From the NCBI GenBank assembly GCA_905178155.1, contig CAJINV010000001.1:12832635-12896634 (forward strand): a stretch of DNA of 64,000 nucleotides. Direction: 5' to 3'. The position numbers were made by a program, and so were the translations under genes. Shown piece after piece: positions 62,601-64,000 of the stretch. The first letter of the stretch is position 1. Each line of letters begins with the position of its first letter. The notes under the pieces were generated by a model that saw only the letters and a program-made list of their open reading frames with translations, had not been told where the DNA came from and ran no database searches. The stretch comes from Amoebophrya sp. A120. Lineage: Eukaryota > Protista > Dinoflagellata.

Positions 62601-64000
62601 CCTCCACCTCATTTGTATTGTATGAACAGCAACACAAGCAACAGCGGAAAAGGGACTTTTTCATGACAAATCTGTATGCGGATTGTAGTAGTATCTATTT
62701 GAGGTTCCAAAATTTGTCGCGCTAACAGTGCCTACGAGCAAGGTGTCGTGCTCGTGTGAGTTTGGTATTTTGCATTACAAATGAGGGCGAGGGGGACTTG
62801 TGCACTTTCATAGCAGGTCAATGTCGTATACCAGCTTGTCCACGAGCCGAAAGCAGTCAAAGACGAAGGGGATCTTCAAGTCTTTTCTGCCGCAGGTCAG
62901 GGACAGCATCAGCAAGGAGTTTTCATCATCCTGCCCGCCGCCGAGCTGGCACACCACGCCCGGGCAACATTCCAGAAGCTGTTTTCAGTTTATTAGTGCC
63001 AGCATTTGGATTCATTTGTACGACTACTAGCATAGCAAATGGCACTAGCCAACCTTTCGCGTTCTCAGACCACAGGAACATGCCCACAGTAAAAAAATTT
63101 CTGCGCCCCATTTCCAGTGATTTTAATTCATTCGTACCGAAAAAGTGAGAATTCGCCTGTGAAGATTTGGCTCTTAGTCAGAACTTGTTACCAACAAAAG
63201 TGCGCGCTCGGCACTATCGGAGTCGTAGTTTTTGAGTTTGACGTTTCCGAAGACTTGCAGGGTTGGTATTTCCGCGAGAAAGTTCTGCAGCACCTGCCAG
63301 TGTTTTCTATGGGGTCCGAGCTTGTCTTTAATCCAGGTGGGCAACCGTCCGTCGTTACTCCAATCCGGCGGCACCTCCGTGATGGTTGCGGCCGCGTAGC
63401 CGGGCAGCCTCAGATCCAGCAGCGACTTCGACGTTCTGAGATGACGCATTATTTGCACCGCTAGCCCGTCCATACCCGGCGGAATGGCGAGTTGCACCTG
63501 AAAATGTAAATCAAACAAAGCAATAAGAATAAGCAGGAAGTTGCAATTCAAATTCTACTGCGTATTAGATGAAGCTGCCGCTTGAGGAATGTTCTGTCCT
63601 GTAGCCCTCGCAAACTTATAATTTTAGAACGGCTCGTCCCAATGTAACAATAAATGAAAAGCAGGGAGCATGAATTCCGATGGATGTAGTTGCTATAAGT
63701 ACTTTCGTAAGAATGTGGCGGCACTCGTGAAGACAATTGTTCAGCGCCGGACAGAAGCTAACTGGGTAGGCGGTAACCGCTGGAAATTCGTTGGTGAAGG
63801 TCGTCTTGGCAGCTCCATACTTGAAATCCGTTTTACTCGCGGGGCAGATCACCGCGAGCAGCCAAAAATAGAGGGCAATCTCGGACTTCACAGGGCTGGC
63901 AAATATGCGGTCGACAAGCTATCAACATGAAAAAATCTACATCACCTCATCGCCGTTCGCCTTCGCGGTTTATTTTCAGTGTCCTCATTGACATCAAGTA
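56608..64000 (-). CDS. Large multi-exon RNI-type leucine-rich-repeat protein (5' end probably outside the window)
   Basis: LSSLNLSENNITESGAMALA, LTHLNLAFNNLGDSG, IASLDLRGNGL and QELNLSRNPSLTD. Contains three clear and two eroded introners. Confidence 0.75.
57621..57858. mobile_element. Eroded introner-like intron (family A-like)
   Basis: Inverted TGGAAAAAAC near both ends. Left end CATCCTGTGG resembles 9423 TATCCTGTGC. Flanks CCAGT/GGAGC. Removing element+5 nt gives DKL|AKHRIC. The nearest CAG acceptor leads to a stop. Confidence 0.5.
58151..58390. mobile_element. Introner element, family D (240 bp)
   Basis: ~40-bp TIR as at 38313. DR TCCAT at 58146-58150 and 58391-58395. Removal joins EEM|DTVVK. 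Confidence 0.93.
60500..60775. mobile_element. Eroded introner-like intron (family A-like)
   Basis: Arms TATGCAGGGCAAAAA..GTATCGTTG and TATTGTGGGAAAAAAAGGTATCGTAG. DR lost. Removing element+5 nt gives AQK|MRELK in frame. Confidence 0.5.
61901..62221. mobile_element. Introner element, family G (321 bp)
   Basis: TIR TAT....AGGAAAAATCCCCCCTCCCCATATCGAAA, extending imperfectly to ~100 bp. DR CCTGT at 61896-61900 and 62222-62226. Removal joins LQQ|GISS. Confidence 0.93.
62581..62812. mobile_element. Introner element, family C (232 bp)
   Basis: TIR TATGA.AGTGCACAA.TCCCCCTC..CCTCATTTGTA. DR GCAGG at 62576-62580 and 62813-62817. Removal joins DIDL|HFLDQ. Confidence 0.93.

Noticed and set aside
7011-62812. 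Frame breaks explained as pseudogenes, stop-codon recoding or programmed frameshifts
   Set aside because: The breaks I traced coincide with a GT-AG intron or a TIR/DR element whose removal restores the frame, and the flanking exons are intact.

Overview
Eukaryotic, intron-rich genomic DNA. All ~17 recognisable genes lie on the minus strand. They include a PKA-regulatory-like cNMP protein, an ankyrin protein, TTI1, a WWE+J-domain protein, neuroguidin, CK2 beta, a synapsin-like ATP-grasp protein, a tropomodulin-like LRR protein, a SPATA4/SPEF1-like CH protein and a large LRR protein. The main signal is 15 clear and 3 eroded 142-610 bp elements inserted in coding exons. Each clear copy starts with TA(T) and ends with (A)TA, has terminal inverted repeats (TIRs) and is flanked by a 5-bp direct repeat (DR). 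Removing the element plus one DR restores the reading frame every time, yet 12 of the 15 cannot be removed in frame as GT-AG within the DR. They fall into at least six TIR families. Two families occur in both orientations, and nearly all copies carry a GCATGACAA-like motif. This matches the non-canonical 'introner' introns reported for the parasitic dinoflagellate Amoebophrya; that taxon assignment is my inference, not a database result. One element also carries a nested insertion resembling a truncated non-LTR retroelement, and an intergenic region at 10.9-11.9 kb holds two palindrome arrays. All gene models and alignments were done by eye.
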